Part shown: positions 26,669 to 37,995 of the stretch, one piece after another
How positions within the stretch are numbered: position 1 is the first letter of the stretch
How the letters are laid out: every line of letters begins with the position of its first letter
DNA from: Candidatus Magasanikbacteria bacterium RIFOXYB2_FULL_38_10
GTDB lineage: Bacteria > Patescibacteriota > Patescibacteriia > Magasanikbacterales > UBA10003
Direction of reading: 5' to 3'
Assembly (NCBI GenBank): GCA_001783145.1
Contig: MFQT01000017.1
Coordinates: 30,119 to 94,118, forward strand
Length of the DNA: 64,000 nucleotides
Translations under genes and position numbers: made by a program
The notes under the pieces: model-generated
Told to the model about the DNA's origin: nothing
Database searches by the model: none
The model's input: only the letters and a program-made list of their open reading frames with translations

Positions 26669-26890
26669 ATGGATCACGAATCAGTCGTAGCCTTAGCTAA
26701 AGCCTTTACCATGGGTATCGGTACAATTGCTCCGGCCTTGGGTATTGGTAAATTGGTGGCCAAAGCCATGGAAGCTATTGGTCGTAACCCAGAAGCATCT
26801 GGTAAAATATTTGTTCCGATGTTACTTGGCGCCGCTTTTGCGGAAGCTATTGCCATTTACGCTTTGGTGGTTGTTTTCACCTTGAAATAA
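26669..26890 (+). CDS. atpE: ATP synthase Fo subunit c
   Basis: 73-aa hairpin with the GIGxxG loop region, RNPE, and the carboxylate helix AFAEAIAIYALVV. Confidence 0.85.
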   Translation: MDHESVVALAKAFTMGIGTIAPALGIGKLVAKAMEAIGRNPEASGKIFVPMLLGAAFAEAIAIYALVVVFTLK

Positions 26891-27022
26891 TTCAAGAAGT
26901 TAGATCAGTTATAAAATTGGTCTAACTAAATGGAATTATTTGTGAAATGAGTGAGAGAAAAACAAAATTTTGTTTTTCCGAGCGAATGAGCAAATATAAT
27001 CCACTATATTTTAAAAAAAATT

Positions 27023-27598
27023 ATGAATTTTATTGATATCGCTTGGGCATCTTCAGAAGAAGAAGCCACAACGCTAGAACAAACTTCAAATTCAGGTCAA
27101 GAAAGCGTGGCCGCTTCTTTGGGTTTGAATGGCCAATTATTCGCCTTTCAGTTGCTTAATTTTGTTATTGTGGCTGTGGTTATCTGGTTTTTGATCTTGA
27201 AACCTTTAGTCAAACAATTAGAAGAGCGCCGAAAAATTATTGATGAAAGTTTGAATAAGGCCAAAAAAATTGATGAAAATATGGCGCAAAGCCAGGCTGA
27301 ATTTAGTGCTAAATTGGATGAAGCTAGAGGAGAAGCTAATAAAATCATTGAAAAAGCCGGAATTGAAGCTGATAATTTGGTTGGAGAAATAAAAATTAAA
27401 TCTAAAAAAGAAATAGAAGGATTAGTTGAGCAAGCTAAACGCAATATAAAAATCGAACAGGAAGAAATGTTACTTAGTCTTAAAGCAGAAACAGCTGAAT
27501 TGGTTGTAGCGGCAGTGGAGAAAATTTTAGAGGAAAAATTAAACGATAAAAAAGACAAAGAATTAGTTGAAAGCGCCTTAAAAGATTTGAAAAAATAG
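27023..27598 (+). CDS. atpF: ATP synthase Fo subunit b
   Basis: One TM helix followed by a long charged helix. Operon position supports the call. It has a ~35-aa acidic N-terminal extension. Confidence 0.75.
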   Translation: MNFIDIAWASSEEEATTLEQTSNSGQESVAASLGLNGQLFAFQLLNFVIVAVVIWFLILKPLVKQLEERRKIIDESLNKAKKIDENMAQSQAEFSAKLDEARGEANKIIEKAGIEADNLVGEIKIKSKKEIEGLVEQAKRNIKIEQEEMLLSLKAETAELVVAAVEKILEEKLNDKKDKELVESALKDLKK

Positions 27599-27615
27599 TC
27601 AGCAGTGATTTATTT

Positions 27616-28002
27616 ATGAAGAAAAAAATTAGTAACAAACAATTTGCCAGTGCCTTGTGTGAAATTACAGAGGGTTTAAAAGGTGAACGATTGCGTGAAA
27701 CGATTAAGCAGTTTGTTTTGTTGCTGGTAAAATATCACAAATTAAAACAAGGCGCGCGGATTATTGTGGAATTTGAAAAATATGCTAAAAAGCAAGCGGG
27801 TGTAGTGGAAATAGAAATTACTTCAGCACGAAAATTATCTGAAACTACTTTGAATCACATTAAAAAAATCTTTGGCGAACATACTGAGTCAGTAGAAAAT
27901 GTTGATGAAGCGCTTTTAGGTGGCATGAAAGTAAAAACCGAAGATAAAATTTTAGACGCTTCATTAAAAACACAATTAAATATTTTAAAACAAAAATTGT
28001 AA
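27616..28002 (+). CDS. atpH: ATP synthase F1 subunit delta (short form)
   Basis: Operon position and the C-terminal OSCP-like LLGGMKVKTEDKILDAS motif. Only 128 aa. Confidence 0.6.
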   Translation: MKKKISNKQFASALCEITEGLKGERLRETIKQFVLLLVKYHKLKQGARIIVEFEKYAKKQAGVVEIEITSARKLSETTLNHIKKIFGEHTESVENVDEALLGGMKVKTEDKILDASLKTQLNILKQKL

Positions 28003-28015
28003 TTAAATTTGAATT

Positions 28016-29503
28016 ATGTCTACCAATACTATAGTAAACGAACTAAAAAAACACATTGCTGAATTTGAAAAAACTGTGCAAGTGGAAGAAATTGGCACAG
28101 TAATTGAAGTCGGCGATGGCATTGCCCGTATGTCTGGCTTGACCAAGTGTCAATATCAGGAAATGTTAGAGTTTCCGGGTGAAGTATTCGGTGTGGCTTT
28201 GAACTTGGAAGAAGAAACTGTCGGCGCCATGATTTTGGGTGATTTTAAAAAGATTAAAGAAGGCGACACAGTAAAACGCACTGGCCGTATTTTGTCTGTA
28301 CCGGTTGGACCGGAAATGGTTGGCAGAGTAGTAAATGCTTTGGGGCAGGCAATTGATGGTAAAGGCGAAATCAAGACCAAACAATTTTATCCAGTAGAAA
28401 AAATTGCTCCGGGCGTAATGACTCGCCAAGGTGTGCATCAACCAGTGCAAACTGGTATCAAAGCTATTGACGCCATGATTCCAATTGGCCGCGGACAACG
28501 TGAATTGATTATCGGCGACCGCCAGACTGGCAAGACTGCTATTGCTGTGGATACCATTATCAATCAAAAAGGCCAGAACATGAAATGTATATATGTGGCA
28601 GTCGGGCAAAAAGAATCCAAAGTCGCGCGTATTTTTGCTAAATTGCAAGAAACTGGCGCTATGGAATATACCACCATTGTCGTGGCCGGTGCTTCAGACC
28701 CAGCTTCAATGTCATATATTGCTCCTTATGCTGGCGTGGCCATGGCCGAATATTTTGCTGACCAAGGTGAAGATGTTTTGGTGGTTTATGATGATTTAAC
28801 TAAACAAGCTTGGGCTTATCGTGAAATTTCACTCTTGCTCCGCCGCCCACCAGGACGCGAAGCTTATCCAGGTGATGTTTTTTATTTACACTCACGCCTT
28901 TTGGAACGCGCTTGCAAATTAAACAAAGAAAATGGTGGTGGTTCTATTACTGCTCTGCCAATTATTGAAACTCAAGCCGGTGATGTAACTGCTTACATCC
29001 CCACAAATGTAATTTCCATTACTGATGGCCAGATCTTTTTGGAAACTGATCAATTTTACAAAGGTATTCGCCCTGCCTTGAATGTGGGTATTTCTGTTTC
29101 TCGCGTGGGCGCTGCTGCACAGATTAAGTCTATGAAAAAAGTGGCCGGTAAATTAAAATTGGCTATGGCTCAATTTCGTGAGTTGGAAGCCTTTGCCCAA
29201 TTTGCCTCTGATTTGGATCCGGAAACCAAAAAGCAAATTGATTTGGGACAGAGAATGACCGAATTATTAAAACAACCTCAATATAGCCCGATGCCGGTAG
29301 TCAATCAGGTGGCTGTCATTTATGCGGTAAGTAATGGTTATTTTAATAAATTTACTGTGAAAGAAGTGGCCGAGCAAGAAAAGAAGTTTATTGATTTTGT
29401 AAATCGTTCCAAACGCGCATTGCTGGAGAAGCTGGCAAAAGGGGATTGGGATGAAATGGTTGAGAAAGAATTAAAAGAAGCCTGTGAAGAATTTATCAAG
29501 TAA
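28016..29503 (+). CDS. atpA: ATP synthase F1 subunit alpha
   Basis: GDRQTGKT Walker A, plus [31 protein letters not shown]. Confidence 0.95.
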   Translation: MSTNTIVNELKKHIAEFEKTVQVEEIGTVIEVGDGIARMSGLTKCQYQEMLEFPGEVFGVALNLEEETVGAMILGDFKKIKEGDTVKRTGRILSVPVGPEMVGRVVNALGQAIDGKGEIKTKQFYPVEKIAPGVMTRQGVHQPVQTGIKAIDAMIPIGRGQRELIIGDRQTGKTAIAVDTIINQKGQNMKCIYVAVGQKESKVARIFAKLQETGAMEYTTIVVAGASDPASMSYIAPYAGVAMAEYFADQGEDVLVVYDDLTKQAWAYREISLLLRRPPGREAYPGDVFYLHSRLLERACKLNKENGGGSITALPIIETQAGDVTAYIPTNVISITDGQIFLETDQFYKGIRPALNVGISVSRVGAAAQIKSMKKVAGKLKLAMAQFRELEAFAQFASDLDPETKKQIDLGQRMTELLKQPQYSPMPVVNQVAVIYAVSNGYFNKFTVKEVAEQEKKFIDFVNRSKRALLEKLAKGDWDEMVEKELKEACEEFIK

Positions 29504-29505
29504 TT

Positions 29506-30459
29506 ATGGCAGTCAACACTAAAGCAATTAAACGCCGCATTAAATCCGTGGGCAATACCAAAAAGATTACCAAAGCCATGGAAATGGTGTCGGCAGCCAA
29601 GATGAGAAAAGCCGTGGACGCGGCTGTTAAAACCCGCGCTTATGCTGCATTGGCTTGGAATTTGCTTGTAAATTTATCAAAGACGCAAAAAGTCAGCTTG
29701 CCTTTGTTAGAAGTGCGTCCGGTTAAAAATATCTTAATCATTTTAATTACTTCCAATAAAGGTTTTTGCGGAAGTTTCAATAGTAACATTATTAAAAAAA
29801 CAGCTGAACAGTTGTTGAATCCCAGTAATCTTGCCAAACAACGTATTAAAGAAGTGAATGCTGAGCCAAGCACAGAAATTAATGTTGACATTTTGGGAAT
29901 TGGCAAGAAAGGATCGGAATTTATCAGGCGCTTAGATAAAAATTTAATTGCCGCTTTTACTGATCTGCCCGATACACCGTGCTTGAATGATGTCTTGCCG
30001 GTGAGTCAGATGATCATTGATGCTTACAAGGAAAAAAAGTATGATAAGGTGGTGGTAGCCTATACAGATTTTAAATCAGCTATTACTCAAATTGCCAAAT
30101 TGCGTCAGGTTTTGCCAATTTCTGAATTTGATTTGGAAAAAATGATTACTGATTTGGGTAAAAATTTACCGGCTGGTTCCACAAAACCGGAAATGGAATT
30201 GAATGAATATTTGTTTGAACCGGATCGCGATGAAATCTTGTCAGTTATCCTGCCGCGCTTAGTGGAGACACAAATTTATCAGGCAGTTTTGGAATCTTCC
30301 GCTTCGGAACAAAGTGCCCGTATGATGGCTATGCGCAATGCTTCCGATGCCGCCGAAGATATGATTAAAGATTTGAGTTTAGCTTTTAATAAAGCCCGTC
30401 AAGCCGGTATTACTCAGGAAATTGCCGAAATTAGTGGTGGCGCGGCGGCGCTTGGATAA
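29506..30459 (+). CDS. atpG: ATP synthase F1 subunit gamma
   Basis: N-terminal IKRRIKSVGNTKKITKAMEMVSAAKMRKA and C-terminal ITQEIAEISGGAAAL. Confidence 0.9.
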   Translation: MAVNTKAIKRRIKSVGNTKKITKAMEMVSAAKMRKAVDAAVKTRAYAALAWNLLVNLSKTQKVSLPLLEVRPVKNILIILITSNKGFCGSFNSNIIKKTAEQLLNPSNLAKQRIKEVNAEPSTEINVDILGIGKKGSEFIRRLDKNLIAAFTDLPDTPCLNDVLPVSQMIIDAYKEKKYDKVVVAYTDFKSAITQIAKLRQVLPISEFDLEKMITDLGKNLPAGSTKPEMELNEYLFEPDRDEILSVILPRLVETQIYQAVLESSASEQSARMMAMRNASDAAEDMIKDLSLAFNKARQAGITQEIAEISGGAAALG

Positions 30460-30464
30460 TATAA

Positions 30465-31874
<1,410 letters not shown>

Positions 31875-31879
31875 CTTTT

Positions 31880-32335
31880 ATGCAAAAAATAGATTTACAA
31901 ATTACAACTCCTGAAGGTGTAGCTTATAAAGCCAGTGACATTGACGCTATTTCTTTGCCTACTAGCACGGGTGAAATTACTATTTTACCAGGCCATATTC
32001 CTTTAGTTTCCGCCTTGATTGCCGGTGAGGCTCGTATAAAAAGAGGGGAAGAAACTGAATTTTTAGCAGTTTCCGGAGGTTTTATAGAGGTCCAACCCAA
32101 TTTTAAAGTGGTGGTTTTGGCAGACACGGCCGAAAGAGCAGAACATATTGACATAGATAGAGCCAAAAAGGCCAGACAAAAAGCAGAAGAGTTGATGAAA
32201 CAAAAACACGTCAATGACGTTGAATATGCGGCTTTGACCTCCAAAATTGAAAGAGAAATGGCTCGTGTTAAAGTGGCGCGCCGTCATAAGGCGCATCGTA
32301 CGCCGGGGGAGTTTATAAAAACTGACGACGAATAA
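31880..32335 (+). CDS. atpC: ATP synthase F1 subunit epsilon
   Basis: Beta-sandwich N-terminus (ITILPGHIPLVS) and a helical C-terminus with a basic extension. Last gene of the operon. Confidence 0.8.
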   Translation: MQKIDLQITTPEGVAYKASDIDAISLPTSTGEITILPGHIPLVSALIAGEARIKRGEETEFLAVSGGFIEVQPNFKVVVLADTAERAEHIDIDRAKKARQKAEELMKQKHVNDVEYAALTSKIEREMARVKVARRHKAHRTPGEFIKTDDE

Positions 32336-32362
32336 TTAAGGATTTAAATAAAATTATTTATT

Positions 32363-32785
32363 ATGTCACATCATTGCAAGGCCTTAATAATTCATTGCAT
32401 GGATTTTCGTTTTGGCGAAGCGATCAAAAATTGGCTTGTAGAAAAGCATTTGTTGAATGATTGCGATATTGTTTCGTTGGCCGGTGCAGCCAAGGGTTTA
32501 GTGAGTCCTAAAAATCCCGCAGAAACCGATGTTATTTTAAGACAGATAGAAATTTCCACCAGTTTGCACCACATCTCAGAGGTTATTTTAATGAATCATA
32601 CTGATTGCGGAGCTTATGGCGGCCGCGATGCCTTTGAATCAAGCGAAGCGGAATATAATCAGCATTTGGGTGATATGCGATTGGCTAAGGAAAAAATCTT
32701 GGCCAAATTTCCAGATTTAAAAGTTAAAATTGATTTGGCAAAAATAAACCCCTTGGGACAAATTGCAATAGAAGAAGTAGAGTAA
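32363..32785 (+). CDS. hypothetical protein with beta-carbonic-anhydrase-like motifs
   Basis: HCMDFR and NHTDCGA resemble the CxDxR and HxxC zinc-ligand motifs of beta-class carbonic anhydrases. At 140 aa it is shorter than canonical enzymes. Confidence 0.4.
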   Translation: MSHHCKALIIHCMDFRFGEAIKNWLVEKHLLNDCDIVSLAGAAKGLVSPKNPAETDVILRQIEISTSLHHISEVILMNHTDCGAYGGRDAFESSEAEYNQHLGDMRLAKEKILAKFPDLKVKIDLAKINPLGQIAIEEVE

Positions 32786-32857
32786 ATAAAAAATCCCTCC
32801 GGTTAACGGGGGATGTTTTGGTTGTAAGGAAGTGTAGGCTTAGCATATAATGATTTT

Positions 32858-33523
32858 ATGGTCAACACCAAACAGTCTAAAATTTTCACTCTCAATCCCA
32901 CAGCTTCTGATCTTAATTTTTCCCGTTTGTTAAAAACCCATGGTCCGCAATATTGGTGGCCAATTAGTGGTTCAAAAAAAGATGTGCTTCTAGAAATTGC
33001 TCTGGGAGCAATTTTGACGCAAAACACCTCTTGGAGTAATGTGGAGAAAGCCTTGGACTGCCTTAAAAAAGAACATTTTTTAAATTTACCGGCAATTTTA
33101 AAATGTCCTCAGGCAAAATTGGAAAAATGTTTGAAATCATCAGGGTATTTTCGTCAAAAAGCTAAAAAGATAAAAATTTTTACCAAATGGCTAGAGAAAA
33201 AATACGGGGGTAGTTTAGGAAACTTTTTTAAAAGTGAGGATGTTTTAAAAATGCGCGGAGAACTTTTGTCTTTATGGGGGATTGGGCGGGAGACAGCTGA
33301 TTCCATTTTACTTTATGCCGGGGGGAAACCGATTTTTGTTATAGATACTTATACCAAAAGATTTTGCGCAAAAATGGGAATACAGTTTAAAGATTATGAT
33401 GAATATCGCGCATTTTTTGAAAATAAACTATACAATAAATTAAAAAAGTGGCCCCGAGTTAAATTATACAACGAATTCCATGCTTTAATTGTTAGGTGGG
33501 GTAAAGAAAAAAACGGCCGTTAA
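32858..33523 (+). CDS. HhH-GPD superfamily base-excision repair protein (endonuclease III-related)
   Basis: ILTQNTSWSNV and the helix-hairpin-helix LWGIGRETADSILLYA. Confidence 0.65.
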   Translation: MVNTKQSKIFTLNPTASDLNFSRLLKTHGPQYWWPISGSKKDVLLEIALGAILTQNTSWSNVEKALDCLKKEHFLNLPAILKCPQAKLEKCLKSSGYFRQKAKKIKIFTKWLEKKYGGSLGNFFKSEDVLKMRGELLSLWGIGRETADSILLYAGGKPIFVIDTYTKRFCAKMGIQFKDYDEYRAFFENKLYNKLKKWPRVKLYNEFHALIVRWGKEKNGR

Positions 33524-33524
33524 T

Positions 33525-36485
33525 ATGTCCCTTGATTTATCACAACTAAATTCCGCTCAAAAAGAAGCCGTCACTCATGGCAATGGCCCGCTTTTGATTG
33601 TTGCCGGAGCAGGTACGGGGAAGACTTCGGTTATTACCAAAAGGCTAGCTTATTTAATAGATTCCGGGCTGGCCAAAACCGATGAAATTTTGGCTCTAAC
33701 TTTTACTGATAAAGCCGCCGGAGAATTAGAAGAAAGGATTGATAGCCTTTTACCTTATGGTTATTTAGATTTGTGGGTGCACACTTTTCATTCTTTTGCC
33801 GAAAGAATTTTAAAACAACACGGCTTGGATATTGGACTCCCTGGTGATTTTAAGCTTTTAACCCAAACCGAGGTTTGGCTTTTGGTGCGCGAAAATTTAA
33901 GTAAATTTGATTTGGATTATTACCGCCCTTTGGGCAACCCTTCTAAATTTATCCACGCTTTGTTAAAACATTTTTCTCGTTGTAAAGATGAAATGATCTC
34001 TCCAACGGATTACTTGGATTATGCTGACAATTTAATTTTGGATTCCGATGTTGTTTTATCTGGTAAAGATTCAGCCGCAGGGAGTGAAAAAAAACGCTTG
34101 CAAGAAATTGCGGGTGCCTATCACACCTATAACCAACTATTATTAGATAACAATAGTTTAGATTTTGGTGATTTGATTTTTTATACTTTGCAATTGTTTA
34201 AAAAACGTCCCCAGTTGTTAGATGCTTATAGAAAAAAGTTTAAATATATTTTAGTGGATGAATTTCAAGACACCAATTTGGCGCAATATGAGCTGATTAA
34301 ATTATTAGCTGAACCCGCTAATAATTTAACGGTAGTTGGTGATGATGACCAGTCTATTTATAAATTTCGCGGCGCTTCCATTTCCAATATTTTGCATTTT
34401 AAAAAAGATTTTCCTCAGGCAGATCTTATAACTTTGGTAAATAATTATCGCAGTGCGCAGAAAATTTTGGACTACGCTTACAATTTAATCGTTAAAAATA
34501 ACCCCGATCGTTTGGAGGAGAAATTAAAAATTAATAAAAAATTAGTGGCTCAAAAAGATGAAGTGGGAATAGTAGAGATTATCTCCACTAAAACAGGGGA
34601 ATCCGAAGCCAAAAAAGTGGCGGAAAAAATTTTAAAAATCAAGTTGGAAGCTGAAGAAAAAGGTGAAAATGTCAGTTGGAATGATTTTGCAATTTTGGCC
34701 CGCTCCAATAGCGCCGCTGATTTATTTTTGGTCGCTTTAGATCGATGCGGAATACCTTTTCAGTTTTTGGCCTCTTCTGGTTTATTTCGTCAAGACTTGG
34801 TTTTGGATATTGTTGCTTATCTTAAGCTTTTGGACAATTATCATGAAAATCCGGCCGTGTTTAGAATTTTAAATTCTTCTTTTTTAAACATTGAAGCTAA
34901 GGATATTATAAAAATCAACCATCAAGCCAAAAAGAAAACGTGGTCTATTTTTGAAACTTTAAAAAACGCGCGTTCTTTAGGGGTGGCTGAAGAAGGTATT
35001 AAAAAAATTGATTCCTTTTTATCTTTGGTAGAAAAACACACTCAATTTGCCAAAACGGCCAACGTGACAATGGTAATTTATGCCTTTTTAAATGAATCCG
35101 GTTATTTAAAAAATTTGGTAGCACAAAGTAGCGCGGGGGACTTAACGGCGGCCAAGCAAATTATTTATTTAAAACAATTTTATAATTTGGTGGAAAGTTT
35201 TGAAGGGGGGCATGCGGAAAAATTAGTTAAACATTTTTTAGATTATTTTAATTATGTGATGGAATCCGGCGATGAGGGCGCTCTTTCCCAAGAACTTATG
35301 GCCGGGCCGGAAGCGGTTAAAATAATGACAGCCCACTCTGCTAAAGGTTTGGAGTTTAAATATGTTTTTCTGGTTAATTTGGTAGAAATGCGTTTTCCTT
35401 CTGTTAATCGTGCCGATCCTATTGAGTTGCCGGAAAAATTAGTTAAGGAAATTTTGCCTGAAGGAGATAGCCATCTGCAAGAAGAACGCCGCCTTTTTTA
35501 TGTTGGCTTAACGCGCGCTAAAAAAGGTTTATTTTTAACTTGGGCAGAAAATTATGGTTTAAGCGGCCGCGAACGCAAGCCCTCTAGATTTTTGCAAGAA
35601 TTAGGTGTAATAGAAATTAGAAAAGAAAAAGAAGCAGAGATAATTCCTGACACAGAAAAAAAATCGGCGTATTCCTCGTCTTTAAAAGAATATGCACCGA
35701 CGCATTTTAGTTTTACTCAATTAAAGACTTTCAGTACCTGTCCATTTCAATATCGTTTTGCTCATATTTTGCAAATTCCTGTTAAAGGCAATGCCAGTTT
35801 TAGTTTTGGCAAAACTATGCATTTAACTCTGCAGAAATTCTATAATGCTATGATAGAGAGGAATTCTGTTAGTCAGGGTAACTTATTTGAAACTCCGGCT
35901 CCTAAAAATAAGGGATCTTTAAAAATACCCGGCGAACAGGAATTGTTGGATTGGTATGAAAAAGCTTGGATTGATGATTGGTATTTAGATAAACACCAAA
36001 AAGAGGAATATTTTGCTAAAGGCAAGAACATTTTAAGAAAATTTTATGAGACAACAGAATGGAAGGTTCCTAAGCTTTTAGAGGTGGGGTTTCATATTAA
36101 ATTTGGTGAGTATAAATTAAGAGGGCAAATAGACAGAATAGATCCTTTGCCCGATGGGACCGTAGAGATTATTGATTACAAAACAGGGGAACCTCCAAAA
36201 AATGAACAACTGGATTTGGAAGCTAAAGAGCAATTGTTGATTTATCAAATAGCCACCGCTCAATTTTTAAGAGAAAAACCCTCTATTTTAAGTTTTTATT
36301 ACTTAAATAATAATTCCAAAATTTCTTTTATCGGAAAAGGAGATGATTTAGTCAAAATAGAATCTAAAATAGTGAAAGAAATTGAAGAAATTAAAAATTC
36401 ACAATTTTCAGCTAAACCCTCGCCTTTTAATTGTGCTCACTGTGATTATAAAAGTATCTGTCAGCACGCGGATTTAAGAGCTTAA
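33525..36485 (+). CDS. UvrD/PcrA-type helicase fused to a C-terminal PD-(D/E)XK (RecB/AddB/Cas4-like) nuclease with a Cys cluster
   Basis: GAGTGKT, VDEFQDTN, YRS and TAHSAKGLEF helicase motifs. C-terminus has STCP...IDRID...EIIDYKTG...QLLIYQ...CAHCDYKSIC. The ATG at 33525 follows the previous stop. Confidence 0.8.
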   Translation: MSLDLSQLNSAQKEAVTHGNGPLLIVAGAGTGKTSVITKRLAYLIDSGLAKTDEILALTFTDKAAGELEERIDSLLPYGYLDLWVHTFHSFAERILKQHGLDIGLPGDFKLLTQTEVWLLVRENLSKFDLDYYRPLGNPSKFIHALLKHFSRCKDEMISPTDYLDYADNLILDSDVVLSGKDSAAGSEKKRLQEIAGAYHTYNQLLLDNNSLDFGDLIFYTLQLFKKRPQLLDAYRKKFKYILVDEFQDTNLAQYELIKLLAEPANNLTVVGDDDQSIYKFRGASISNILHFKKDFPQADLITLVNNYRSAQKILDYAYNLIVKNNPDRLEEKLKINKKLVAQKDEVGIVEIISTKTGESEAKKVAEKILKIKLEAEEKGENVSWNDFAILARSNSAADLFLVALDRCGIPFQFLASSGLFRQDLVLDIVAYLKLLDNYHENPAVFRILNSSFLNIEAKDIIKINHQAKKKTWSIFETLKNARSLGVAEEGIKKIDSFLSLVEKHTQFAKTANVTMVIYAFLNESGYLKNLVAQSSAGDLTAAKQIIYLKQFYNLVESFEGGHAEKLVKHFLDYFNYVMESGDEGALSQELMAGPEAVKIMTAHSAKGLEFKYVFLVNLVEMRFPSVNRADPIELPEKLVKEILPEGDSHLQEERRLFYVGLTRAKKGLFLTWAENYGLSGRERKPSRFLQELGVIEIRKEKEAEIIPDTEKKSAYSSSLKEYAPTHFSFTQLKTFSTCPFQYRFAHILQIPVKGNASFSFGKTMHLTLQKFYNAMIERNSVSQGNLFETPAPKNKGSLKIPGEQELLDWYEKAWIDDWYLDKHQKEEYFAKGKNILRKFYETTEWKVPKLLEVGFHIKFGEYKLRGQIDRIDPLPDGTVEIIDYKTGEPPKNEQLDLEAKEQLLIYQIATAQFLREKPSILSFYYLNNNSKISFIGKGDDLVKIESKIVKEIEEIKNSQFSAKPSPFNCAHCDYKSICQHADLRA

Positions 36486-36542
36486 ATTAGCTAAAAAAAG
36501 ACCCTTGATTTTTTAGCTAATTAACGTTAAGATACTAAGGAT

Positions 36543-36929
36543 ATGACCTTGCGTTATTATACTTTTATCATGATTATTGCCACCCTGCTTTGTTGGGCTG
36601 CTTGGTTTTTAGTTGTGCTTAATGTTAATCCCTTTGAGGCAAGTTTTTTGAGCTTAAGTATCTTTTATTTAAGTCTTTTCCTTTCTTTGGCCGGAACTAT
36701 CTCCATTTTGGGTTTTCTTGTTAGGGTTTATTTTTTAAAAAATAAAGAGCCATATTTTAAAATAGTAGCACGTGCTTTTAGGCACAGTTTATTTTTTGCA
36801 TTACTCTTAACCATTGCTTTATTTTTTCAGAGTTTTCATCTTTTGAATTGGTGGAATTTAAGTATTTTAGTTTTAGCTTTGTTATTTTTTGAAATGTCAT
36901 TTTTAACCGGAAAAGGCCGACTGATGTAA
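36543..36929 (+). CDS. hypothetical integral membrane protein
   Basis: 128 aa with four hydrophobic helices. No family recognised. Confidence 0.4.
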   Translation: MTLRYYTFIMIIATLLCWAAWFLVVLNVNPFEASFLSLSIFYLSLFLSLAGTISILGFLVRVYFLKNKEPYFKIVARAFRHSLFFALLLTIALFFQSFHLLNWWNLSILVLALLFFEMSFLTGKGRLM

Positions 36930-36932
36930 AAT

Positions 36933-37973
36933 ATGTTTGGAAAAATTATTAAAAAATTTAATAGAAACATTGGCATTGATTTGGGTACTGCCAATACACT
37001 TGTTTATACTCCGGATAAAGGCATTGTCATAAATGAACCCTCGGTAATTGCTATTAATTTGCGTACCGAACAAATTTTAGCCGTAGGTCAAGAAGCTAAG
37101 ATGATGTTGGGTAAAACCCCTCCTTATATTACGGTGACCAGGCCTTTAACTGGTGGAATTATTTCTGATTTTGAAGTGACGGAAAAAATGATTAAATATT
37201 TTATTAATAAAATTAGCACCAGTGCTTTTTTCTCTCCACGTCCTTCCGTAGTTATTGGCGTGCCGTTAGAAATCACAGAAGTAGAACGTAAAGCCGTAGA
37301 AGACGCAGTTTTGGGAGCTGGGGGAAAAAGAGCTGTTATTGTGGAAGAACCCATGGCGGCAGCCATTGGGGCTAAACTACCGGTTGAAGAGGCGGTGGCT
37401 AGTATGGTTGTGGATATTGGCGGAGGTACAACGGAAATCGCTGTAATTTCTTTAAGCGGGATTGTTACTGCCAAATCTGTTAAAATAGCCGGGGATGAAC
37501 TAAATAAGAACATCATCCATTATGCTAAGGAAAAATTTAACCTTTTGATTGGTGAAACTCACGCTGAGGAATTAAAAGTTAAAATTGGTTCAGCCAAAGA
37601 GCTGGAGGAATCTTTTGAGTATACTATTCGCGGAAGAGATTTGATGACGGGACTGCCCAGAGAAAACATTATTTCCGATAATGAGGTAAGGGAAGCGATA
37701 CAAAGGTCTGTCTGGACCATAGTTGATAGTATTAAATCAGTTTTGGAAACGACCCCTCCAGAATTAATATCTGATATTCATGAACGTGGCATTGTCTTAA
37801 CGGGCGGTGGAGCTTTACTTAGAGGGTTGGATAAGGCAATAGAGGATGCTACCAATATTCCGGTTAGAATTGCCGAAGATCCTTTGACTTGTGTAGTTAG
37901 AGGCACTGCGCTTTTAATTGAACGCCCGGAATTGCTTAATAACGTGGCCTTGCCCTCGTCAACAGATAACTAA
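36933..37973 (+). CDS. mreB: rod shape-determining protein MreB
   Basis: Actin-fold motifs IGIDLGTANT and VDIGGGTTEIAV, followed by mreC and mreD. Confidence 0.9.
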   Translation: MFGKIIKKFNRNIGIDLGTANTLVYTPDKGIVINEPSVIAINLRTEQILAVGQEAKMMLGKTPPYITVTRPLTGGIISDFEVTEKMIKYFINKISTSAFFSPRPSVVIGVPLEITEVERKAVEDAVLGAGGKRAVIVEEPMAAAIGAKLPVEEAVASMVVDIGGGTTEIAVISLSGIVTAKSVKIAGDELNKNIIHYAKEKFNLLIGETHAEELKVKIGSAKELEESFEYTIRGRDLMTGLPRENIISDNEVREAIQRSVWTIVDSIKSVLETTPPELISDIHERGIVLTGGGALLRGLDKAIEDATNIPVRIAEDPLTCVVRGTALLIERPELLNNVALPSSTDN

Positions 37974-37995
37974 TTTTTGCTAAAGTTCAGGTTTT

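Noticed and set aside
28166-28648. 160-aa antisense ORF inside atpA, and similar 60-130-aa antisense ORFs inside mreB, atpF, clpB, typA and others
   Set aside because: All are embedded in strongly supported conserved genes on the opposite strand and have low-complexity translations with no start signals.
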